Positions 11,101 through 23,876 of a stretch of 34,985 nucleotides of DNA are shown in pieces. Under the pieces are notes generated by a model, which did not search any database, was not told the origin of the DNA, and worked only from the letters and a program-made list of their open reading frames with translations. Each line of letters starts with the position of its first letter. Positions within the stretch are counted from its first letter, which is position 1. The DNA comes from Jimgerdemannia flammicorona. Lineage: Eukaryota. The position numbers were made by a program, and so were the translations under genes. The stretch covers positions 1-34,985 of the forward strand of contig RBNJ01000264.1 of the NCBI GenBank assembly GCA_003990765.1, written 5' to 3'.

Positions 11101-12380
11101 TGTGAAAGCCGGTCGCGATCGGAGATTTCTTCGGGTGATATTGTAAGGAGGTAGGTCTTGATGATGTACGAGTTGAACTTGGAGAGGTTGATGCAGGAGA
11201 TGGCGAGCTGCTGACGGAGATCGGTTTCGGCGGTGTGCGGGAACAAGAAGACATTGACAGCCTGTGGGGAAAATATGATTAGTTGTGAATTGGAGTTGGA
11301 GCATTTCATTACACGATATTTTAACAGTTCGGGGCCACCGACTTTAAACTTACCGTATTTATCGCGATTCCTAAGAAAAAGGCATAAAGGCTCTCTAGCA
11401 TCAAGGTTTGATTGAATACCCCTTCTACAGATCCCCATGAATAAAAAGCAAAAAAAAAAAACCCCGTTTAGCACATAAAGTAGTACCCAAAGCCCCCCCG
11501 CCGGTCACCTCCCACCCAACTCACGTGTCACTGCCCCATACAAGCCCTGAAATCCCATGATGCTCGGCACAAGCGAGAAAGCGAACATGCGTGGCCCGCC
11601 TCTCGCACGAACAACGCTGGTGGCGTAAATGACGATGGAGAGCAGGACGAGCATGCCGGCATTGTTGGAGCCGCTGATGACATTGATCAGCGTCCATGCC
11701 AGCACCCCGAATATACCGCCGATGATAAAAAGGAAGGCGCCGTCTAGGAAGTCTCCGACGGTGCGGCCACTAGTGTTTATTGAGGGAGGTTGAGGTAGGA
11801 AGCACCAATGGAATCAGCGAAAGTAGTTGGCTAGGGAACGCAACCGTAGGCGGCTCTCGAAAAACGATACCTACGGACTCAGGACGATGGCCGACAGCAT
11901 AACGTTCATCCACACCGTTTGATATTTGAATATGCTTGCCACCGGGTCGATCAGGATGAATAACGCCACGGTCCAGAAGGCGAGAGTACCTGCGCAGGAA
12001 TTGGTTTTTCTGTTTAGTGGGTTTGCCTGCGCGATAATCGTTCCTCACCAAGACAACAACGCACCTTTGACCGTGTTCTTAAACGCTGCGGAACTGAGAA
12101 AGGTGCCGAAATTCTTTATGAACTTTCGGAAGCCGGCCTTGGGTATTGCAGGCTCGTTGCTGGCTGGCTTGTTGCTGAACTCACTCGCTCCAGTCTGCTG
12201 CTTCTCATCTTCAGGCGGGGATGGTTGAGTTTTTTGTTGTTTCCGCTCCGCTGTGCTTACGACCGTTTCTGTTGTGTTGACCAGAATTTCCGTCGTGCCT
12301 ATCTCAAATTCCTCCGTGTCAACCACCACTGCCATGTCGGCCTTCTCGTCGGCCTTCTCGTTGGAAGTTGTGTCAGCCAT
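8159..12380 (-). CDS. FUSC/aromatic acid exporter (ArAE)-family membrane protein, Bre4/YGL140C-like, multi-exon
   Basis: ATG at 12380. N-terminal TM bundle (...FKNTVKGALLS; GRTVGDFLDG; VVRARGGPRMFAF; AVNVFLFPHTAETDLR), long cytoplasmic exon (~11262-9838), second TM bundle (YGVKCTVV...CMSPTLGQTYSSFIFQLIGNTFG...LLYPNLARRELR) and C-terminal RVYAY...LKHLFGE, stop TAA at 8159-8161. Internal exon boundaries are approximate. Confidence 0.85.
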
Positions 12381-12632
12381 ACTGGCCTAGCAGATACGGC
12401 GTCAACAACTTTTAAATTCCCTCCCGTTTGTGACTTGTTTGGAGTGTATCACTCACTGGACGTGGATAGCTGCCACAAGCTAATAGAGTCCCATACTCGC
12501 AACCTTGATTACCAGATTTAGCTCAAACAAATCAATGTCAACTGGTGTCCCCTAAGGAACAGTTCCACTCAGCAAAATCTGAAGAAAATTCTCTAGGTAG
12601 ATTCAGATATAAAAATCATGTATTGCTTATTT

Positions 12633-12707
12633 CTCTTCTATCAATATCCCTCTCTATCAATATCTCTTCTCTATTGATATCTCTTCTCTATTGATATCTC
12701 TCTCTAT
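12633..12707. repeat. Tandem array of ~16-17-bp units (CTCTAT(CA/TG)ATATCTCT)
   Basis: About 4 copies. The CA and TG variants both derive from an ancestral CG (TATCGATA), showing CpG decay on both strands at the edge of the TE block. Confidence 0.8.
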
Positions 12708-12743
12708 ATATATATTTCAGCTTAATATATATATATATATATA

Positions 12744-13207
12744 TATAATAACAAAGTAGTTATCTATGATAAAACTATATATATGTTGATAGATTTGGAT
12801 AATCTGAGTAGACTATCAGCTCTAATCTTGTGAGAAAGTATTAAGTTCCAATACTTGTTACTGAGATATAGTCCAAGTTATCACTTTTAGATTCTTATAC
12901 TGAGTAGAGATATCATACTTATATTCTAAGTTAATTAGACTCAGAATTATTAACAAGTCAGATCTGAGGATTCTTGATAAGAATATTTCTTTATTCTTGA
13001 AAGGAGAAAGTAGAGCTAAGATTATATATAATACTCAGTATAGATAGTATTTATATAGATTAAAGTTATGACTAAATATAGTATACTGAATATATCTATA
13101 TATAGTTATACTATATTATATATATATAACTATTATATTGGTTGATAATTTTATTAGAAATTTCATTAGAATTTTCAGTACTTATAATTATATAATAAAC
13201 TATTATA
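12744..13207 (-). repeat. Putative 3' LTR of element A (~460 bp)
   Basis: Termini TATAATA...TATTATA (mutated TG...CA inverted ends), abutting a purine tract on the minus strand at 13208-13221. Minus-strand TATATAAATA near 13050 and AATAAA near 12990. No second copy in the window. Confidence 0.55.
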
Positions 13208-13248
13208 TTTTTTTCTTTTTTATCTAAACCTACTTATTCAATTCTGTA

Positions 13249-13668
13249 CTAAACTCTAGATATTTGTTCAAACTAAAGAGCTATATATTAGATTATATAA
13301 AAGGTAATATTATTCTAATATTTATTAGTTAGATTAGTAATATTTTTAGAGAATATTCTACAGAGATAATTGAGAACTTGAGATTATATGCAGAAAAGAA
13401 TATATAGTCTCTTAATAATGATATAAGTATAGTTATCAATAAAAAGACAGGATAACTATTTGGCTTTATTGAGAGAAATCTGTTGATAAATGATTTATCT
13501 TATTTTATAATATTTCTTTAGTTCTTATTGATAGCAAAAGGTTTGAAAGTATTGGATTCTTTTAAGATATTATTGGACTTCATTTAGATCAGAGCTTTCA
13601 GAAATTTATATATTAATAGAGAGTAGTTTGATAGAGATCTATTAGTATTTAATAGCTATGAGAATAAC
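13249..13668 (-). pseudogene. Degenerate accessory ORF between chromodomain and PPT of element A
   Basis: 140 codons in one frame, interrupted only by TAA/TAG, which are revertible to CAA/CAG/TGG. Includes YYKIR*IIYQQIS...DNYTYIIIKRLYILFCI*SQVLNYLCRIFSKNITNLT. Start codon is not resolvable. Confidence 0.6.
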
Positions 13669-13819
13669 TATATATATATAGTAATCTTATTCTTAGTTTA
13701 TTTATAGTATTATTATTAACTATTCATATTATAGATAAGTTATCTATATATATATAATATTTGAAAGTATTTATATTTATATATTAAGAGAATATATGGC
13801 TGCTTTTTGAAAATTTCAT

Positions 13820-14900
13820 TATACTATATATTTATATTAGATTATTACTTTTTTTTATATTTAGTAGGAGATTATCCTCTTTTTTCTAAATAGTATTATA
13901 CTTAGGATAATTTTTCTATTTTATTAGATAGTGCTGAGTGAACTTGGCAGCTTATCTAAATTATTAGTTCTTATAATCTAAGATATAATTAACTTTATAT
14001 TCTGATTATTAATTAATAATAATTAGATCTAGAAATAATATAATTTTTCTATTGAAGATATTTGAAATATATAGCTGAAGTTGAGATATATAGAATACTA
14101 GATAGATTCATTTTAGAGTTATCAGAAGTTCTAATTTATATATATATAACAGATTTATATTTCTCTAAGATCTTAAATAGTTCAATATAGTAAAGTTTAA
14201 GTTTCTTCTTTAGACTTATATTATCTAGAGTCAAATATTAAGTACTGAGTAATATCTATTTATTTTTTTTATAAGAGACTTCTCTTTTATTTTTATTAGT
14301 ATATATAGCTTATATATATTCTTTATACTTCTATGAGAATATTATATACTTGCTAGATATCATCTTATATAATATTAGCAATTTTTTATATAACTGATAC
14401 TATAGCTCAGATAATAGTTATGAGAGTCTAAGAATATTATCTATGTAGTTTAAATAAAATAGAGTTATTTTAGTACTTATACTTATATTATTATTATATA
14501 GAAACTCAGTTAAGATTAGTTTTTTGTCTCAATTATTCTACTTATAGCTATAGTAGATAAATATTTTAAGTTATACTTCTAGACCTTTAAAGAGTATCTA
14601 TCAGAAATTACTTATAATTTTGTATCTCTATTAGAGATAATTATTGATAATAATCTATAGAGATGAAATATATATACTATTTCTAAAACTATTATAAAGT
14701 AGTTATTATAGAAAAATGAGTTTACTTACCAAGATGATCTATAAAAATAATAATTACATCTCTTCTCTTTTTGGTTTTTAGTAACTAAACAATAAAGTCT
14801 ATTCAGATATAGTCTTAGTTTCAGATAAGTATTTATAGTAGCTACAGTATTCTAGCTAGAGCTTAATTACTAGATTTATATCTTTGACAGATATTATAAG
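13820..14900 (-). pseudogene. Integrase plus chromodomain of element A (inactivated)
   Basis: Motifs as listed for element A, with many stops and some frameshifts. Confidence 0.8.
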
Positions 14901-15767
14901 ATATAATATGTAGTTATATTTACTAAGATTGAAAAAATATAGTTACTTTGTAACAAAATAAAGATATTGTCCTTCTTTAGTAACTATAGTTATAAAAGAT
15001 TTATACTTATTATATATAAAATAAATCTCTTATAATTCAGATTCAAAGAGAGTTTCTTTAGATTTATATACTAATTCTCAGTTCTGGTAGAAGTTAGCTA
15101 GACTTTTGGAATTTAGTCAGAAATACTAAAGTAACTTAGGTATCATTATTAAGAACTCAGAGAAATATATATAGAGGAGAGATTTCTTATATTTGGTACT
15201 TAACTAAGAGCTAGTTTATTTCAAATATAATTGCTAAAGTATTTATATATATTGACTAGATAATAGTTTATAGATTTTAGCTAAATATATATAATTAAAT
15301 TAATATATAACTACTCTATTTATTCTGTATACAAATATATTATTTATACTCAGAATAGTTTATACTCAGAATAGTCTGTTTGCTTGAGAAATAACTAACT
15401 ATTAATTAGATAATATATAGTTAAGTAATATATTTATATAGCTTTAGTATTTAGGAGTTTTGATATATCATTTTTTATATCTTTTACTTATCTCATTTAT
15501 CACTTATTTATATACTACTTATTTATAATATTATTGTTAGATTATGTAATTACCATTTATACCTCAGAATATAATTTTATTATATTTCTCTCTTAGAAAT
15601 TAATATTTATATTAATTTCTATTTTATCTATCTTAAAGTTGAGAATTAGAGAAATGATATTATCTTTATTCTCATTATTAGCATCTGTCTAACTAGTATA
15701 TGATTTAGTAGAAGTATTAATATGTAGTATAGAAAAATCAATAAGGTCTGTAAATAGTTCTTAGTAG

Positions 15768-17315
15768 TGTCATATAGTAGTTACTGAGTTCTTCAAATAT
15801 ATCAGATTCTCTTCAAGATGTATCTCTTAGACTAACTCAAGTTTGTTATAAGTAAGTTCTTATTAAAGTATCTTCCCAAGGTCTTATAGTCCTCAAACTT
15901 CTTATCTTTAAACTGTCTTGTTATTTCTTTAGATTGCTTATATGAAATTGAGGGTAAGTGAACTGGAACTGACTTTATTTTAAAGAAAATAAGAGATATT
16001 TATATAAAATATAATTCAATAGTTGCTAAGATATAAAGCTAAATATAAATTCTAATAACTAAATTAAATACTGGAACATAGAAAACTACAGTTATCAGTA
16101 TAGAATCTAGTATTAGTATAGATAGTTGTATAAGTTCAGAGTGCTGGTAGAATTCAGTAGTATAGGAAAAGAATGCTGGAAGAATTCTGAGTCACATAAG
16201 ATCAGAATACTAGTAGAAGGATTAACTATTATATAGAAAAAGGATACTGATAGAATTTGGTATCACTAAGAACTTTAAAGCAGAATGTTCAGAACTATAG
16301 GAGCTTCATCTTCATCATCACTGAAAGAGATGAGATCTGTGAATATTTTATCTATTTTGTGATATATATCACATAGGATGACATTATCACTGGTAATATC
16401 ATTATATTTGATGAGAGCTTTCCAATCTATGACATTCTCTTCCACAAAATAAGGAACAAATGTGGGATCTTGAAAAGGTCTAACCTAGATACTGGAGTCT
16501 TGGAATACTGAGATCAATCTTTGCAAGAACTGACCTGGGTTGTCCTGGAGGATGGAATTCTAGAACTCTTCTATTTTGTTACTATTGAGAGTGATAGTAG
16601 ACTAAACCTCTGTAGCTACTATAGATTCTAGTATATTGATATGATAGGCTGATAGATCTCTGAAGTCTGAGACTTTGGTATACTTTAAGTTGGTGATCAA
16701 CTATAATATATATATATCTGAAGATCTGATGAATCTTCTTGACTATCCTTATTTCATGTATATCTATGGGAGTGGTATCTTATAGCTCTTGAGGGCTGGC
16801 TTGAGGGAATTTCTGATAGAGGAGATTTCCTATTTCATATTTTTGTCACATCTGGAGACATTCAGTAGCAATAGTAGTTCTTATTTCCATCTTGTGACAG
16901 TAGAGAATATAATGATAAAGGTCATCAGTACTCAGATTAATACTAGGAGTTCTTGTAGTGTGGGTCTTTATGGCTCTTTGGATGTCTTGGAACATTCTTT
17001 CCTAGACTGAGAGGCCTTGGTGGTTTCTTGATCTTGAGGTTTGGTGAGCAGTAGGCATTTTGTTTATAATAAGTCTTTGAGCTATTTTGGGATTAGTGGG
17101 TCTTGTTGAGTTACTGCTACTGCAGTTTCTTAATTCTTCTTTTATATTCCTCAAGATGTCTGTATTGTGATCCCAATGACTTATAGTTGATCATTATTGC
17201 TCATCTTATAGTCTGGATAAGTTATACTATATGATCTTCTTGTGCTCTGATTTGGTAGCTTGTTAGGAATTGCTATCTTTTATACTGATATTATCATTCT
17301 GAGGTCATCATTACA
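15768..17315 (-). repeat. LTR copy 1 (1548 bp) of the B/C family
   Basis: Aligns by eye with 24955-26479 and 32170-33717. Confidence 0.9.
16275..17058 (-). pseudogene. LTR-internal accessory ORF, copy 1
   Basis: ATG CCT at 17058, YEIGNLLYQ motif, TAA at 16275-16277. Length is not a multiple of 3, so at least one frameshift is present. Confidence 0.6.
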
Positions 17316-19405
17316 TCTTCCTCTTGAATAAGGATCTTCTTGAATATTCTTATTCATTGGTCCAGTTCTGAAAAATTTGCTGATCCCATAACTTCTGACA
17401 GAGGGTCAAAAAGTGATATTTATAGGCTAGTATCTTTTCTATGTATTTTGGTGTGATGGTGAAGAGTTGCTTCCTTCATATAGAGTAAGGGCCTGATTCT
17501 GATATTGACTAATCAGTTGACAGTTTGAACTTCTCTGGCTTCAAAAGTCTTACAGATAAGTAGTTGCTGATGCTGTATCTCTTAGAGAATAATCCAGACA
17601 GATTGTCTGCTGATTATAGAACATATTGTTACAATTTGCAAACTAGAACCTCATAAGTAGTTATCATATTTTGCTTCTCTTATATAGATTTATGGTACTT
17701 CTTGAGTCTGTTCCTATATACTATGGTAGATAGTATAGTCTCTGAGAGTTTTCTAAGCCAGAAGGTAGTTCTCTTGATATCTTGCACATAGAAGAGTCCT
17801 TCTCATTTGGGCTCTAGTTTTCATGACTATAAGGCTTCTACTATATTTTGATATAGTAGGACCTTTTCTCCAATTTGGATGGGTTCTAGAGTCTTATAAT
17901 TCTTTTCTATATTCTTTTTTGTTAGTGCTTATATATAACTTGATGATATAATCTTCAGCCTTCTTCCTGATTTGGTATAGTCTCCAAATTTCTGAGTCAA
18001 CCTATCTCTAAGTTAGGTCTAGATTTATGGCTAAGGTTCCATCAGAATCTTCTTCTCCAAAGAACAGTTCTCTTGAAGTAAAGTATATACTCTGTGACCA
18101 TATATCTCATAGGACAGAGAGGATAGTTAGGAGGTAGTTATCCCAATTCTCATATATATATATTTGAGATCTTTACCAGGATGTTCTTAAGGGTCTTGTT
18201 AGTTCTCTCTATCTATCCATTTTCTTGAGGGTAGTATACAGTGGTCTTGATGTGCTGAATCTTGTATTTCTGATATATTATCTTATAGAATTTATTGACA
18301 AATTCTGTGCTGCAGTCTATGGTAATTTGCTTTGGTGTCTTGTAGTAGTAGATAATTTCTCAGTACAGGAAGTTGGCTATAGAGAGAGTATTGGCTTTTT
18401 GTAATACTTCTACTTCTATCTATTTAGTAAAGAGGTCTACAATAACTATAATATAGTAGTTTTCTGATAGTGTTACTGGTAGTGGTCCAATGATATCCAT
18501 TACAGTATAGTGGAAGGAGATAGGCTCAATTCTTAATAACCTGGATATCTGGTCTTACTGATATTATTTCTATTTTTAGCACTTATCATATCCTTTGACA
18601 AATTGGTACAGATCTTCTTCTATCTTGGGCCACCACATGGTTCTTCTTGCCTTATTATATGTATTGGTTTCTCCTAGGTATCCTTGTTCATGTACTTCCT
18701 TCATTACTTAATACTTTTTATATTTAGGTATTACAAGCTTTTCTCCTTTTCTGAGTATGATGTTGTCTAGTTCAAACTATTTCCAAGTCCAGTTGATGAT
18801 GGTGATTATCTAGGATTCAAGGTGGTTAGATATCTTTCACTGCTTAAATAGCCGATTAATTCATAGTATAACTCCTTATTCATATTGAATAGTCTTGATG
18901 GGGGTGTTTTGAGGTGTCCTTAAGAGTGTATCAGCATTAGTATTAGTTCTTCCTGGGTGCTACTTGAGAGTATAGTCATACTCTTGCAGCCTATAGATCT
19001 ATCTGGCATATATTTCTTTAGAGTTCAGAGTATAGAATAGCCAGGCAAGAGTGGAATGATCTGTTTGAATAGTGAAGTATTTTCTGACTAGGTAGTAGTA
19101 GAACTTGTCTACTGCCCAAACTGCTGCTAAATATTTGAGCTTGTATAACTTATAGTTCTGTTCTATTCTATAGATATCTTAGCTTACATAAGAGATAACA
19201 TATTCATGTCTATCTTTCTTCTAAGCTAGGACTGCTCCAAGTTCTATAGTACTTACATCTGTCTGCAAGATGAACTCTAGGTTCCAATCTGATCTTCTGA
19301 GGATGGGTGCTTGGGTCAACCTGGTCTTGAGTTCATTGAAGGTTTCTTGGTATTTCTTGGTCCATTCAAATTTGGTCTCCTTCTTCAGTAGCTCATAGAG
19401 GGGTA

Positions 19406-22400
19406 TTTTGTGAGAAGTGGGAAGAGGTCTGGACATTAGTGACTAAATATCTCCTTACTAAGTGAGGTATCCCTATGAGAGATATGAGTAATAGATATTA
19501 GTACTAGGATATATAGTTAGAGAGAAACAGGACTAGGGATTAGGAATTACTAGATATGATTTAAGTCTGAGATACAATAGTACTAGAGAGAGGCAGAAAG
19601 GATGTGGGGTACCTAGAAGAAGCAAATAAGGTGGGCCTCTCAGAGGTTGGTAAGAGTGTTGGCAACTTGGGCAGATCTGGCAAATGAGGGAGTGGAGGGG
19701 GATTGGTAGCTACAGTAGACCAGGCTAGAGATAGAGAAACTGAGGGGCATTCTGAGACAGAGAGAGGATCTACAAGTTAAGAGCATGGCTGCCAGGCTAC
19801 AGTAGCAGAGATTGGAGAAGAAAGAATGGTTTACTAAGTTTTTATCATAGCTGTTGCAGGTGAGGAAAGTCTGGCAGTAGTGGGAGAGAGTTCTGGATGA
19901 GGCTGGGGAGTTGGTTGTAGGGACACTAGAGATCCTGGACCAGTTGAGCAAGCAGTGGGGACATCTGTGGAGTAAGAAGAATGGTGGAGAGGGAGTATTG
20001 GATATTGACAGATACTTAGAGGAATGGTACTCTGATCTGGTAGCAGGTTTAGAAGATCTTGATGCTGCTGTCTAGAGAAAGGAGATTCAGCAAGTTTTGT
20101 AGATAACAAGCTCTGAAACTATACCTGGAGAGGATGGTTTATAGTGGAATTTCTGTAAGAAGATGATAGGAGTTGAGCTAGCTCTGGAGAAAATAATGAT
20201 AATATGTGATGAAGTAATAGGCTCTGGAGTATAGATTGGAGGGCAGAGCTTAGGCCTTATGGCTCTACTGTTTAAGTATAAGGAGAGAAGAAAGGAGTGA
20301 AAAAACTGGAGGCTAATCATACTTCTAGATATAGATTACAAATTGGTCATGAAGGTACTGATGGCTAGGCTGCAGAGAGTGGCTCAATAGATTCTATGGG
20401 CTGAGCAGAGAGGATTTATAGGGGGTTGCCTAATTAGAGATAGGACAGTCTGAGTATATAGTATTATTGAGGATATATATACTACTAGGGTAGATGGATG
20501 ACTGGTTTTCTTAGACCAGGAGAAGGCCTATGACAGAGTCCAGCAAGTATAGTTGAAAAGGGTACTAAAGTATATTAGAGTCTCTCATGGGGTCTAGTAG
20601 GCTATAGTCAGTCTGTTGGAGGGAAGTTGGGTAGTAATTATGGTAAATAGACATAGAGAGTATTCTTTTTCTCTGAGCAAAGAAGTGCTACAGAGAGATC
20701 CACTATTACCAATACTATATGCACTGTCTTTAGAGTTACTTCTAGATAGAATATAGTATAAGGTGAGAGGGTTGGACATACTAGGGGTTAATTAAAAGGT
20801 GGGGGCTTTTGCTAATAATATAGTGGTCAGGCTTAAGTCAGTTACAAATGTTATAGTACTAAAGAGTACAGTAGAGTGATATGAGGGGTGCTCTGATACT
20901 AAGCTCAACTAGTATAAGTATGAGATCTTAGTACTGGATAGAGAAATAGTGAGTGGGAATATAATTGGAATAATTGTCTCAGTAGGAGAGACTGTTTACT
21001 ATCTAGGAATTTACTTTTCAGTATATGACTTCTTATTACTATACAAGTAATAGGAGCAGAGATTGACTGAGTGGAGAAGTACCCTCTTGGGGTAGGGTAG
21101 TTAATATATTTCTCTGGCAGGAAGGATAATAATAATGAATATATACTAACTATCTAAGCTATAGTATTTAGGATATTACTTAGACTTTCTAGTATAGATG
21201 GTCAAGTAACTTCTAAAGATAGCCAGAACCTAGATATGGGTAGAGTGATAGAGTCAGATTAGTTGAGAGATATTGACTTAGTCAGTGGATAGGAGAGGTC
21301 TAAGGCTGGTGAATTTTCTCAAGTATCTTTACTGCTTGAGAGTATGGTGGCTGAAGTGAGTGAGTAAGTTGAGGGACAGAGAGTGAGTTCTCCTCATATA
21401 GGAGATATGGGAAGTCTGATTCTCTCCCCATGATGCAACCAGAGATCTTCTGTCTTTGGTGACTTTGAAGGATAGTCAGAGGATATTATATAGGAGATTC
21501 TGATGGAGAGTAATTGTTGGGATATATTATATTGATCTCTGATAAAGGAGAAATAAGAGAGAGAAGAAATAGAGACTCCAGATATAGAGGTAGAACTAAC
21601 TTCTATTGGGTGGAGTACTAGTGAATAATTTCTACTTAGAAGATAACATAGAGTGTCTTCAGGAATACAGGAGAGACTTGTGGCCAGAGGCATGACAGAG
21701 GGTAGAGATTGGTAAGAAGTGGGACTGAAATAGTATTTAGCAATGGGGTGAACAGATAGTAAGATAAATTCCCCCCAAGTTCTGAGTAGTATAGTAGAGA
21801 GTTTTATAGTATAATATTATATTAAACTACCAGATAGACTACTTGGTAGAAGAGAGTACTTAAGAGTGTGAGAAGTGTCTAAATATTGAGTAGGAGAGAG
21901 GAGTGGTATAGACTCCTGAACATTGACTGAGAGAGTATAAGGTAATGAGAGACTTTTGAAGAGAGATTGAGGTGCAGTTAGAGGTGCACTCACTAGAACT
22001 AATAGCAGGAGGGAGGTGGGGTGATCTTTGAAGGAGGCTGGTGGGGGGGTGGGAGATGAATAGCTAACATTAGGATAAGTGCTGGTAATTAGAGTTAATA
22101 TAGTGAGTCATTGGCTTTTGGTATTTGAGAAGAGTCAACAGCTATTATTGAGGAGAAGAGTGGCTAGATAGAAGTGGCTAATACTGAATATATTAAGTGG
22201 GTAGTAGAGGGGTGAGGGTATAGATAGAAGATATCACTAGTGGCTAGAGATAATCTATACAAAGAGTGAGAGAAGGATTGGGATGGTAAAGAGATGAGTA
22301 GTATTTTGGAATAATAGTAAGAGAGAGAGGGATTTTCCAAGTAAGATTGGGTGAGGAGTACATTTGTATTAGTAGTATATTATAGATAGTTTGATAATAA

Positions 22401-22441
22401 ATTAGAAGTCTACAAGACTATAAAAAAAAAAAAAAAAAAAA
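19406..22441 (+). mobile_element. Degenerate non-LTR retrotransposon (LINE, L1/Tx1-like), 5'-truncated ORF2
   Basis: Plus-strand RT motifs PGEDGL (~20124), KNWRLIILLDIDYKL, LDQEKAYDRV (~20511), VLQRDPLLP (QGDPLSP) and AFANN (FADD, ~20805). C-terminal CEKC...TPEH...(C) knuckle near 21870-21940, AATAAA at 22396-22401 and an A20 tail at 22422-22441. Confidence 0.9.
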
Positions 22442-22900
22442 TCCAGAAATGACAGTAATCTTATTCCTAAGAAATTATAAAATAGAGCTAAGCCAGATAT
22501 CTCACACCTATAGATATTTAGAAGTGAGACTTATATTCTAGATAAAAGTAGTAATAGAGATAAATTTGAATCTAAAGTAGATAAATATATACTTCTTAAA
22601 TATGATAGAGCAGTATATAGATTATGAAATCCATAAAAGTAATATATAGTTATCTCTTATAATATTCAATTTAAGGAGACTAAAGAGTAGAAAATTTATA
22701 TAGAAATTTCTATCTTGAACAATCTAATAATATAGCCAATAATATCTATATTAACTTCAAAGATATCTTTAGTATATATATTAGTATCAGTACAACTCAT
22801 ATATATATCAATAAGGCTATTAGAGCTAAAAATTACAGAAATTATAAATAAAAATGATAATGAGGATACTTCTCTAAAAGGTAAAAAAAATATATATATA
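22442..22900 (+). mobile_element. Ty1/Copia pol fragment (post-integrase region)
   Basis: IPKKL*NRAKPDISHL*IFRSETYI...RDKFESKVDKYILLKYD...YRL*NP...VISYNIQFKE, reverting to the Copia pattern TPxExWxGxKPDISHLRVFG...K..K...C.LLGY...YRLWNP...SRNV.F.E. Right boundary is approximate. Confidence 0.8.
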
Positions 22901-23616
22901 AATCTAGGCTATATAGTGAGATTGAAATATAGAAATATATAGAAAATAGTACTATATATATATCTAGAATATACTCCAACAGAGTATATAATAACAGATT
23001 TATTAACTAAAGTTCTTTCAAAGACAAAGTTTGACTTATATATACAAAAAATGAGACTTATAGATAACTCTATACCAATGAGTAATTCTATACAAGTAAG
23101 TAGCAATTATATTTTAGTAAATAGGAACTATTTACCAGTAAGTAACAAGTAATAGTAATAATGACAATATAGCAATAATAAGAAGTTTTTCAGAGTGCTA
23201 AAAAACATCTCACTATATCTTATATATATTCATTAACATTACTTATATTTCTTTATTTATAAATAGATCTAAATTATATTGAGAGTAATCTTTCATCAAT
23301 ATTACTCAGAATTACTAATCTTTTACTATATTTTTTATCTATTTTCATACTTATAAGTAGAAAATTTTGATCTTTTTTGGTCATATAGATAGTATCTAGT
23401 TGGTCATATCTAGTTAGTATTTTATTTGTATTCTGGGATATATATATTTTATTGAACAAGAGTGTGAAAATATCTTAATTATAGCAACTCAATATATAAT
23501 AGTACAGCCTGACTATATTATTATTATAAGATATATATTATCAATATATATATAAATATATAAGCTAGTAATAAAGAATACTACTATCTCTTCTTTCTTT
23601 TAAATATTTCATAACA

Positions 23617-23848
23617 GAATTGAATTAAGGGTCATTTGAATCAAATTGAGAGTTATTTAAATTGAATTGAGAGTTATTTGAATTGAATTGAGAGTTATTT
23701 GAATCAAATTAAGGGTCTAATTTGAACTCTATTTTCAAAAAAAAAGTTTAAATTAAATCTCAAATTGAATTAGACCTTTGATTTAATTTGATTGAATTAA
23801 ATCAAATTTGAATCAAATTCAATTTAATTTGAATTATTGAGAGCACTA
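23617..23848. mobile_element. Decayed hAT/MITE-like terminus with subterminal repeats (21-bp tandem units)
   Basis: About 4 copies of ATTTGAATTGAATTGAGAGTT, then inverted copies, ending in GAGCACTA at 23841-23848. This is the CpG-decayed equivalent of TTCGAATCG arrays (compare 209-344). Confidence 0.55.
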
Positions 23849-23876
23849 TACTCAGTAAGCCATAGAAAGATAATAG

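Larger units (their letters stand above)
12744..15767 (-). mobile_element. Degenerate Ty3/Gypsy chromovirus remnant (element A): integrase, chromodomain, extra ORF, PPT and 3' LTR; interrupted at 15768
   Basis: Minus-strand translation with C>T/G>A damage gives (C)NICQRYK...(W)DYI*IDFI (zinc finger/core start), IISNRD (SDRD), KKLKLYYIELFKILEK (GPF/Y module), IYLVFYISQL (HPVFHVSQL) and HYLIK*KNYPKYNTI*KKEDNL (chromodomain YLVKW...W). Whether 14900-15767 belongs to this element is uncertain. Confidence 0.8.
15768..19405 (-). mobile_element. Truncated Ty3/Gypsy element B (same family as element C): 3' LTR, PPT, integrase and RNase H
   Basis: Colinear near-copy of 24955-~28560. LTR 15768-17315 (TGTCATA...ATTACA), PPT at 17316-17325, integrase (IGPL, IVIVDLFTK, TDCSTEF, TTVYYPQENG), RT connection/RNase H (PLYELLKKETKFEW...QAPIL...FILQTDVS). 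It stops at ~19405. Confidence 0.9.
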
